From positions 124,001 through 188,000 of IMG/VR virus record IMGVR_UViG_3300032334_001259: DNA of 64,000 nt; one strand, written 5' to 3'. Under the pieces are notes generated by a model, which worked only from the letters and a program-made list of their open reading frames with translations, searched no databases and had not been told where the DNA came from. Shown piece by piece: positions 8,738 to 17,600 of the stretch. The stretch's first letter is position 1; each line of letters opens with the position of its first letter. Position numbers and translations under genes: made by a program.

Positions 8738-10885
8738 TTATACTGGTATGTAAATGTTGCTTACTTTAAAGTTTGTGTTAGCTGTTGTGGTTGCCCAAAG
8801 CCTTACATTTCCACTATAAATGTTAGCTGATAATGTAAAAAATTGTGAGTTAGTTGCAATAATATTATATGTTGTTACATTTGCAGTAAAACCATTATGA
8901 ACAATCATAGCTTCTACTGATTGGAAATAATTACTTGTGGTATTTGTTCCACTTACTAGATATTTTGCAGTTCTATAAATTGATGGGTCAAAGCTATCAA
9001 TTATACTTGTTGTATTATTAACTGAAATGTTGCCAACATTTGCAACAATTGCAGAACTTAAATTTAAAGTATTAAAGATAGCAGTATTAGATTGTGTTAA
9101 TTCACTAACAGTTACACTATTTGCAATGCTAGTAATTTTTTGTAATCCAGCATCATTATGTATATAAATGCGTGAATTATCATTGCTTATAGTATTGACT
9201 GATGTAGAAGGGGTATATTGTCTTGCTTCGATAATATCAGTGCTGATAGGTGCTTCTGTAAAGGTAAGCACATTACCATTTACAGTATAGCTTGATGTTG
9301 GAATCTGTAAAACACCATTAACGCTAACAAGTGTTCCTTGTGTTGTATTATTTTGACTTAGTATAAAGTCAACTTGAGAACCATTACCAGTAAATTGGTC
9401 ACTGGTAACTACAGTTGTTCCTTCAAGACCAACTGCTTCCCAAATAGTTCCTGTATAAACTTCTAAATAATTATAACTTGTATTCCAACGAATCATACCT
9501 GGTGTTGAATAAGTTGGGTATTCACCACTATTTCCCACTGGAACTTGTAGAGCAGTTTTACTATTAACGTTAACAATACCAGTTCCAGTTGGTGTTAAGA
9601 AAATGTTACCATCAGTTGCCTGACCAGTAATATAATTTGTATAAACGTTTGCATTTACATTGGTTGATACAATACTATTAGTAATATTAAGATTTTGAGC
9701 ACTTATATTTGCATTGCTTATAACATAACTGCTATTAATATTACCTGTAATAAGATTTGCACTTGTTATATTGCCAGCAACATTAAGTGAAACAAGAGTT
9801 CCTGTGCTTGTAATATTTGGCTGACTTGAACTTAAACTAGCAATAGTTCCTTCAAGTATAGTATTTGTATTACCTATCTGACCTGCACTTACAGCATTTA
9901 CGCTTATATTTCCTGTAAGAGTCATACTTGCACCACTATGAACAGCGCCAGCATTACCAATAGTGCCAGCGTTAATTGTAGGTGCAGAAATTGTTCCAAT
10001 AGATGTTAGACTAGTTAGTGTTCCAAGACTTGTAATGTTTGGTTGACTTGCACTTACACTAGCAATTGTGCCTTCAAGTATAGTGTTTGTATTACCAATT
10101 TGAAATGCACTTACTGCTCTTGAACTAATATTTCCAGTTACTGTTAAACTAGTTAATGTTCCCAGTGATGTAATATTTGGTTGGCTTGCACTTACGCTTG
10201 CAATAGTTCCTTCAAGAATGGTGTTTGTATTACCAATTTGACCAGCTGCAATAGCATTTGTTGTAACATTACCAGTAACACTTAAACTTGTTAATACACC
10301 AAGACTATTAATATAAGGTTGATTGTTTGTCAGAACATAACCAACTAAATTGGTAATAGCGTTTCCATTAATGTTTACATTATTATAAAAGGTAGGAACA
10401 CTTACAAAACCAAAAGTTACTTGATTATTAGTAACATAAACATTCATCTGGCTTGTATTACCAAAGAATGTTAGGGTTTCATAATTGATACCAACGTTGT
10501 CAGTTCTGGTTCCATCACTGATTGTAAGGTTAGGTTCAGCAGTAGCAATAGCAGTATCAACATAAAGTTTGTTTGCGGCATCTGCTGTATGAACTGGTGT
10601 AGCAACATTTGCAATTCGCAAATTATTAGCACTTATATTACCAGAAATGGCGGTTAAAACAAGATTACCAACAAGACTTGTAATTTGGTTATTGTTTATA
10701 TAGATATTACTGGTTGTAAAACTACCATTAACAGTAAGCGTATTGCCTGGTATAGTGTTATAAATGCCAACACGACGATTAACAACATCAAAATATACAA
10801 GATCAGTATCAATTTGCAGATCTGTGCCATTACGCAACAGATTGTCTTTGAGCATCGGACCTGCAACTTTACCAAGAACTGCCAT
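8738..10885 (-). CDS. Virion structural/fibre protein with internal repeats (715 aa)
   Basis: Three ~41-aa QIGNTNTILEGTIASVSASQPNITSLGTLTSL repeats; P.G.IR.N motif; FTGNG..F beta module; C-terminal YRTAKYLV domain. Confidence 0.8.
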   Translation of the reverse strand: MAVLGKVAGPMLKDNLLRNGTDLQIDTDLVYFDVVNRRVGIYNTIPGNTLTVNGSFTTSNIYINNNQITSLVGNLVLTAISGNISANNLRIANVATPVHTADAANKLYVDTAIATAEPNLTISDGTRTDNVGINYETLTFFGNTSQMNVYVTNNQVTFGFVSVPTFYNNVNINGNAITNLVGYVLTNNQPYINSLGVLTSLSVTGNVTTNAIAAGQIGNTNTILEGTIASVSASQPNITSLGTLTSLTVTGNISSRAVSAFQIGNTNTILEGTIASVSASQPNITSLGTLTSLTSIGTISAPTINAGTIGNAGAVHSGASMTLTGNISVNAVSAGQIGNTNTILEGTIASLSSSQPNITSTGTLVSLNVAGNITSANLITGNINSSYVISNANISAQNLNITNSIVSTNVNANVYTNYITGQATDGNIFLTPTGTGIVNVNSKTALQVPVGNSGEYPTYSTPGMIRWNTSYNYLEVYTGTIWEAVGLEGTTVVTSDQFTGNGSQVDFILSQNNTTQGTLVSVNGVLQIPTSSYTVNGNVLTFTEAPISTDIIEARQYTPSTSVNTISNDNSRIYIHNDAGLQKITSIANSVTVSELTQSNTAIFNTLNLSSAIVANVGNISVNNTTSIIDSFDPSIYRTAKYLVSGTNTTSNYFQSVEAMIVHNGFTANVTTYNIIATNSQFFTLSANIYSGNVRLWATTTANTNFKVSNIYIPV

Positions 10886-10903
10886 TTATAACACCTTACT
10901 TAA

Positions 10904-10909
10904 TATTTA
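10904..10909 (-). promoter_or_regulatory. Late promoter TAAATA
   Basis: CATAAATA intergenic, then AAGGT RBS. Confidence 0.65.
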
Positions 10910-10928
10910 TGGTGTTTAACTTACTGCC

Positions 10929-11333
10929 TTAATTGGCATCCGTGCTATTAAACTTGTGGAATACAACTACTGTTTGACCAAGTGGCGGTGGATTACTAAA
11001 TGTAATAGTTGCACCAACTAATGTAAATGCATCACCTGGATTTTGTGCAATGTTACCAACAAACACAAGAATACTTGTATCACTTGGTGGAGTATAACTT
11101 AATGTAAACACTGTTGTGCTACCATCACCTGTAAACATATCTTTTGGAATGGTAACATTTCCCAAGATAGCAATACTTTGCCAAGCATTATAATAAATCT
11201 CAAAACGTTGAGTATCCGTGTTATAACGTATCTGTCCATTAACAGGATTTGATGGACGGTCGGAAGTAGCACCCAATGGTAATTGAATTGCTGTGCTTCC
11301 ACTTATTTTAGGATTTTTAAGTAATGTAGCCAT
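10929..11333 (-). CDS. Small virion structural protein (134 aa)
   Basis: LPLGATSDRP..GQIRYNT and FTGDGSTTVF modules shared with the 715-aa protein; TAATG coupling. Confidence 0.75.
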   Translation of the reverse strand: MATLLKNPKISGSTAIQLPLGATSDRPSNPVNGQIRYNTDTQRFEIYYNAWQSIAILGNVTIPKDMFTGDGSTTVFTLSYTPPSDTSILVFVGNIAQNPGDAFTLVGATITFSNPPPLGQTVVVFHKFNSTDAN

Positions 11334-11641
11334 TATAGTGTAAAATATCCCACAGTTGAAGTAATACTTGTAGCGGCATTAGCATTAGCATAAATTGCAT
11401 CACCATTACTTAAAACAATTTTTTCAGTGCTTACTACAAGTGTATCAGTGCTTGTAATTGCATAATTTTGATAAACGACAGTGCTATTGCTTGCACTACC
11501 ACCGCTTGGAACAAGATAAAGATTTATTGTTTTTGTTGCACCGCTTGTATTGCAAAAATAAAGTAGGCTAACAACATTAGTACCACTACTAGTATAAATT
11601 GCAGAAGCTGCTGTCCCTAAAACTGTATTTGTAATCGCCAT
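11333..11641 (-). CDS. Small beta-rich structural protein (102 aa)
   Basis: AAGGA RBS; FCNT...LYLVP...KIVLSNGDAIYA; lies in the structural cluster. Confidence 0.7.
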   Translation of the reverse strand: MAITNTVLGTAASAIYTSSGTNVVSLLYFCNTSGATKTINLYLVPSGGSASNSTVVYQNYAITSTDTLVVSTEKIVLSNGDAIYANANAATSITSTVGYFTL

Positions 11642-11651
11642 CTTTAATTCC

Positions 11652-12392
11652 TTAAATCATTATGTTGAAACCTATGGCTCTGTTTTTGCCAACAAGTTCA
11701 TCGCCATTATTACTATTTACCACATATAGACCAGTGTTTCCACTACCAACTGTGTTAGAAAACAATAATGTGTTATTACTTACACTTGCAGGTGTAATAT
11801 TTTTAAAATTAAATTTAAGACCTTTGTCTAAAGAAATTACACCTGAACCATTACCGTAAAGTTTTAAATCTTGGTTTGTTCCACTAGTTGTAATATTACC
11901 ATTTGATATTCTAGTTCCATATACATTTAAGTTTGGAATAGAAAAAGTAAAATTAGCATTACCTAATAATAATCCACCACCTTGATTATATTGAATATAA
12001 GTGTTAGCACCAACTGCCGTAACACCAGCACTCGTATTGCTTATATATGAAAGAGTAACAACATCACTATTAGATACTGGACTTGCAGCTTGTATACGTT
12101 GTATACCTGAAATGTTACCTGTAAATGCTGAATATAATTCATTATAAATCCAATAAGCATTAGGCAAACTACCACGGTCAACTAAAATACCAGCATTTCC
12201 GCCAGTAATACCTGCACCAGTTTCAGCGGTGTTAACTGCAATATAAGCATTTCCAACAGCAGTAGTAGAAGCATTAAAATAAACTATATTACCAACAACA
12301 GCAATATTACCATTGATTGTAACATTATTAGCATAAATGTCCCAAGGAGCATATAAATTATCTGCACCAGTAACTTTTTTTACAGTTGCCAT
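11652..12392 (-). CDS. Structural protein, paralog A
   Basis: Aligns end to end with the neighbour (MATVKKVTGA, VDRGSLPNAYW, SGTNQDL, DEL..KNRA). Confidence 0.8.
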   Translation of the reverse strand: MATVKKVTGADNLYAPWDIYANNVTINGNIAVVGNIVYFNASTTAVGNAYIAVNTAETGAGITGGNAGILVDRGSLPNAYWIYNELYSAFTGNISGIQRIQAASPVSNSDVVTLSYISNTSAGVTAVGANTYIQYNQGGGLLLGNANFTFSIPNLNVYGTRISNGNITTSGTNQDLKLYGNGSGVISLDKGLKFNFKNITPASVSNNTLLFSNTVGSGNTGLYVVNSNNGDELVGKNRAIGFNIMI

Positions 12393-12396
12393 TCAT

Positions 12397-13134
12397 TTAT
12401 CCAAAAATTAGTGACAGTGCTACTGCCCTGTTTTTAGCAAGTAATTCGTCATTAGTAGAATTATTAACAAAGAAAAGTCCACTGTTACCAACACCAACTG
12501 TATTTGCATATATGAAAGCTGTGCTTGCTTGATTAGTTGGTGCTGTTTGAAAACTCATTTTAAGAACATCATCTATAGTTACATAACCAGTAGAACCATT
12601 AGCACTTAATACAAGGTCTTGGTTTGTTCCACTTGTAGTGACATTACCGTTACCAATTATAGTATTATAAACTTTCAAATTACCATTATTAAATGTAAAA
12701 TATTGACTACCAGCTAATAAATTACTTACATTATATTGAACTTCGGTAACGTTACCACCAGCGGTTCCACCAACGTTTGAAAGATAACCTTTTGTTACAA
12801 CATCACTTGGATTTACTGGATTTGCAGCACTTATTCTTGTTAAAACACCACTTATAGTTCCACGAAATGAAGAATTTACTTCGTCCCATACCCAATAAGC
12901 ATTTGGTAAACTACCACGATCAACAATAATACCACTGTTTCCGCTTGTTACACCAGAACCAGTTTCTGCATCATTTAAAATAAGATAAGCATTAGCAATA
13001 TTAACATTACTTGTGTTAATAGAAGAAGTATTACCCGTGACAGTTAAATTACCGTGAATAGTTACAACATTGCTATAAATGTCCCACGGAGCGGTCAATC
13101 CATTTGCACCAGTTACACGTTTTACAGTCGCCAT
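12397..13134 (-). CDS. Structural protein, paralog B
   Basis: Start moved to ATG 13134 (MATVKRVTGA) by paralogy and AGGA RBS; TAAATA at 13154-13159. Confidence 0.8.
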   Translation of the reverse strand: MATVKRVTGANGLTAPWDIYSNVVTIHGNLTVTGNTSSINTSNVNIANAYLILNDAETGSGVTSGNSGIIVDRGSLPNAYWVWDEVNSSFRGTISGVLTRISAANPVNPSDVVTKGYLSNVGGTAGGNVTEVQYNVSNLLAGSQYFTFNNGNLKVYNTIIGNGNVTTSGTNQDLVLSANGSTGYVTIDDVLKMSFQTAPTNQASTAFIYANTVGVGNSGLFFVNNSTNDELLAKNRAVALSLIFG

Positions 13135-13176
13135 ATAAGAAAATCCTACCAAATATTTATGCGAAGGTGTTTTTAT

Positions 13177-13205
13177 AAAAAAATAGCAGCCCGAAGGCTG
13201 CTATT
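13177..13205 (-). terminator. Rho-independent terminator with cUUCGg loop
   Basis: Minus strand AATAGCAGCC-TTCG-GGCTGCTATT followed by a T run. Confidence 0.92.
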
Positions 13206-13227
13206 AATCCTACCATATTCTTGGTTA

Positions 13228-13884
13228 TTAAGCGCCAGGAATACGAACAGTTGTTGAAGTTGGATTGTTAAATGTCCATTGATATTCAAGACCACTAAAA
13301 TCTTGAACAAACTTATTGGTTAACCGTGCTGCATAACCACCACTGTAAATACTTGCTACGCTATTGGTGTTTGCAACAGTTTGTGTTTGACCAAGTGAAA
13401 CGTTTGCATTTGATTGACCAGTAGTTGTATTTGCAGTGACTGTGTTAACTACAACGTTACCAGTAAGACCAGTGCCACGTAGGTAATCACCTGCGCCTGG
13501 TGCTTTTGGACCGCTTACGTTTGCAGTTTGATAAATTACATAAGCATATGTTGAGCTACTGCTTATACCACCATTGCTTACGTTGGCATATGTAATTACT
13601 GCAGTATCAACACCTATACTCATTTGTGTTGAAGTTAAGTTTGCATTCGGAACGTTAACAAGTGTGCATTGACCAGTTTGTGTACCGTTTGTTACAAGAA
13701 ACTTTGCACGACCTTTTTGATTAAGAATTGAACCAAAACCAGCAGCACTTGCACCGCTAATATAAACGTTTGGACGAACTTGGTTACCCGCAATGCTTGT
13801 TAGACCACCAGTACCACCAATTACGTTTGTAGCATCGAAATATTGGTTTACTGTTGCTGACTTTTGAATTTTAAATTTTGCCAT
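13228..13884 (-). CDS. Probably abundant virion protein (218 aa); candidate capsid decoration protein
   Basis: Own late promoter (13950-13955), TAAGGAG RBS and UUCG terminator; QKG..KFLV motif. Function is inferred. Confidence 0.7.
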   Translation of the reverse strand: MAKFKIQKSATVNQYFDATNVIGGTGGLTSIAGNQVRPNVYISGASAAGFGSILNQKGRAKFLVTNGTQTGQCTLVNVPNANLTSTQMSIGVDTAVITYANVSNGGISSSSTYAYVIYQTANVSGPKAPGAGDYLRGTGLTGNVVVNTVTANTTTGQSNANVSLGQTQTVANTNSVASIYSGGYAARLTNKFVQDFSGLEYQWTFNNPTSTTVRIPGA

Positions 13885-13955
13885 TTTATTCTCCTTATGT
13901 GACGTTCCAGGTCAACGGCTGGCTAAACCGTAGTCTTAAACGACAAAGGTATTTA
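13885..13955 (-). promoter_or_regulatory. Late promoter plus structured 5' leader
   Basis: TAAATA followed by hairpins at 13933-13944, 13915-13931 (G-U on minus strand) and 13900-13914, then TAAGGAG. Confidence 0.55.
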
Positions 13956-13960
13956 TGTTA

Positions 13961-14674
13961 TTATAATCCAAATCTGCTACGATAATATGCCCATTGTGCT
14001 TGTATATCTGTTAATGCTAAAACACTATTATATGCTTTTACAAATCCAATATCAGCAGTTTGAACTTCGGAACCACCTGAACGACTGAATAATCGCAACT
14101 GATTAAATCCACCAAAACCTGCATTAGTTGCTGTTTTATAAACTCCAGCAGGTTGTGTATTTGTAGCAATATAAAGATTTGCTACACCAGTTGATGATTT
14201 AAAAGTTCCCCAAATAAAATGCCAATTTTGATCAGCAACATCGGAACTTAAGTTAACTGTTCCGTTAGGATAGAATACATTCATATAATTAATACCAGTT
14301 GAATAACTACCCAACAACCAATCTTTACTCGCTTCACTTTGCGTGTTTAACAATCTACCATTAGCAGTAGTAGAAAGTTTATATGCCATAAAAACTGTAT
14401 AATCTTGACCAGTTACATAATTTGGACCACCATATATATAATCTGTTCCACTGCTTGTTGATTTTCTAAAAACGCCACCATTAGCACTATTCCAAGCAAT
14501 ACTACTGCCAGCATTTGCTACGGTAATTGTAAAAGTTCCCGTTGCATCCGTTGTGCCGTTTACAGGAACAGCAGAATAGTTAGCCGCATCAAGATCGTAT
14601 GTAGGTGATGGTAATCCACGTTCTATTACGATTCCGTTACCAAATGTTATACCTGGTCCAACTATGGTTACCAT
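13961..14674 (-). CDS. LamG/concanavalin-A-like lectin-fold virion protein
   Basis: YDLDAANY, YTVFMAYK, WHFIWGT, DIGFVKAYNSVL..DI...W..Y.SRFG pattern. Confidence 0.7.
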   Translation of the reverse strand: MVTIVGPGITFGNGIVIERGLPSPTYDLDAANYSAVPVNGTTDATGTFTITVANAGSSIAWNSANGGVFRKSTSSGTDYIYGGPNYVTGQDYTVFMAYKLSTTANGRLLNTQSEASKDWLLGSYSTGINYMNVFYPNGTVNLSSDVADQNWHFIWGTFKSSTGVANLYIATNTQPAGVYKTATNAGFGGFNQLRLFSRSGGSEVQTADIGFVKAYNSVLALTDIQAQWAYYRSRFGL

Positions 14675-14676
14675 TA

Positions 14677-17600
14677 TTACACCAATCGCTCAATACTAAT
14701 TAGGTTGTTGCTATAACCACTGCCAGTAATTGCACTGACACGATAAGCATTTGTTCCAATAGTTGCAGTAAACATAAACATGTCACCAGCAGTTCCACTT
14801 GGACTACCAATATTTGCATAAGTTGTGCTTAATGCCGTGTTACTACTACCACCAGTTGTTCCACCACCCAATCCAGATTGGAAAATATAAGTGTAAAGTG
14901 CTTGTGGTGTTCCGCTTAAACTACCAAGTTGTAATTGGTTAGCATTGCTACTACCATTGTTCAACCACTGAACCTTAATATTATCCATCGTAACAGCAGT
15001 ATTTTGTGCTACAATTGCAGAACTCTTACCAGTAACACTTGAACTATATAAATTACCACTAATTGTAGCATTAGTTCCAGTAAATGTATTAGCAGTAATA
15101 ACGTTTGCACCACTAATATTACCATAATTGGTTATTACAAAATTGCTTGCAACTACATAGCTTGCACCAGTGATGTTACCACCACTGCCTGTTGTTATAA
15201 GATAACCAGCAGTTATGTTACCAGTTGTAGATACGTTACCATAAGTTAAATTGTTCGTTACACTTATGTTAGCGGCATTGACATTTGCAGTTACGTTGAT
15301 ATTGCCAACATTAATATTACCAGTTGTGGTAATTGGGTTGGCATTGCTCATATAAATGTTACCATTTGGATACAACACCATCTGTGCGGCACCGTTGTTA
15401 TAGAAACTTAACGGTAGATATGTGCCAGTGCCGTTGATACCACTAACCAACTGAACATCTGTTGAACCATTTGTAGCAATAAGAATCTTACTTGCATTAG
15501 TTGGGTTAGTGCTATTAGCTGCTTGCCAACTTGCCGCAGTGCTACTACCACTTGGAAGAGCATAGATACCAGTGCTGCTATTAACATTAGCAGTTTGGAA
15601 CATTGTTCTATAAGCAACAGTAGAATTAGTAAAGTCACCAAGAATATAACTATTGCTTGGATGTGTTATGTTTCCAGTTACAGTAATATTACCAGCAGTT
15701 AAATTACCAGTATAAGTTGGCAAGTATGCAGCAACTTGCGTATTGCCATAAGTTCCACTTATGCCTGTCAGTATGCTTACACCATTGCTGTAAAGATAAC
15801 TGTTACCATAATGTGCGTTTGCAATCACATTGCCTGTGACAGAAATAGTTGAACTGATCAAGTTGCTGTTTAAGTAATATCCAACTTGTGTATTACCATA
15901 AGTTCCACCAATACCAGTGAGTATGCTTACACCATTGCTATAAAGGAAGCTGTTACCATAATGAGCGTTTGCAATAACGTTGCCTGTAACAGAAATGGTT
16001 GAACTGATCAAGTTGCTGTTTAAGTAATATCCAACTTGTGTATTACCATAAGTTCCACTTACACCAGAAAGTATTGATGTTCCATTTGGATATAGATAAT
16101 TTGGTGAGTAAATGTTGGATACAAAAGCATTACCAAAGAATGTGCTTATGCTACCAATATTGCCATAGTTGTTTGAACCACCATTGACAATTGCATTTTG
16201 CTGATTACCATAAACATTTAATATGTAGACACCAAATTGTCCACTAACTGAACCATAATTTAATACAGCATTTCTTGAACCATTTGGTGATAACAGATAA
16301 CCACTGCCACCAATAACAACACCAGCAAGGGCATCTACAGTTGTGTTAGGCGAAAGAACAAGATAACCAGCACTATAACTATCACTTATACTTGCACCAG
16401 TTGCTAATCTTATATTACCATTTCTCAAGATTTGAACATTACTTGTAGCAACAGTATTAGCAACATAATAAGCACTTACTTGTGTATTACCATATGTTGC
16501 AGGCAAACCTGTTAGATAATATCCATTACCTGTGTAGAATGATGCACCAACATTACCACTTGCTGTGATATTACCACTTGCAATAATACTGTTTGCATAT
16601 TCTGTATTATTGATAGTTTCATAGTTAAGTGTAGTAATATTACCAGTTACAAATAGATTACCATTTACAGTAATATTACCAGCACTTAAATTACCGCTAT
16701 AAGTTGGCAAGTATGTAGCAACGTTTGCATTGCTATAACTAAATGCACCGTTAATAACACCAATAAGTGTATTATTAATGCTTACAATATTACCTTCAAC
16801 GACTGTAACACGACCAGTTAATGATCCAAGATTAGCATTAGCTGCATTAATATTTGCAGTCATTGCATTGTTTAAGTTTGTTGCATAAGCGGTTACAGCA
16901 CTATTTGCAGTAACAATTGCGCTGTTTGCACCACTTACATTAGCATTTAATAATGCAATGAGATTTGCTTGTGTAGCAGCATTACTATAAAGAGTAGTAA
17001 TATCACTTGCTTGACTTGCGGCATTAGTTGTAAGTGTAGCAAGGTTACTTGCTTGTGTAGCGGCATTACTATAAAGAGTAGTAATATCACTTGCTTGGCT
17101 TGCAGCATTAGTGAATAATATATTCACGTTGCTTGCAATAGTTCCAGTGTTACTCTGTAGTGCGCTAATGTTAAGATTAGCGGCATTTAAGTTTGCATTT
17201 AATGTAGAGATTGAACTATTCGCAGCTTGAATCTGTTGTGTAGTAGCAAATCCAGTACCTGCTTGTATTTGCGCAATTTCACCTGCAAGATTTACAACAC
17301 TGTTGTTTAATGCAGTTATACTGTTTGCTTGAACGCCAGCATTAGAATAAAGTATAACAATATCGCTTGCCTGACTTGCGGCATTGCTTGACAATGTAGC
17401 AATTGCGCTGTTAGCTGCTGTAACATTAGCATTTATTGTAGTAATTGCACTATTAGCAGCAGTAACATTAGCATTGACTGTTGTAATAAGGTTTGCTTGC
17501 GTTGCCGCATTACTTGTTAATGTAGTGATTGCACTATTAGCTGCAGTGATGTTAGCATTTATAATTGTAATAAGGTTTGCTTGTGTTGCGGCATTACTTG

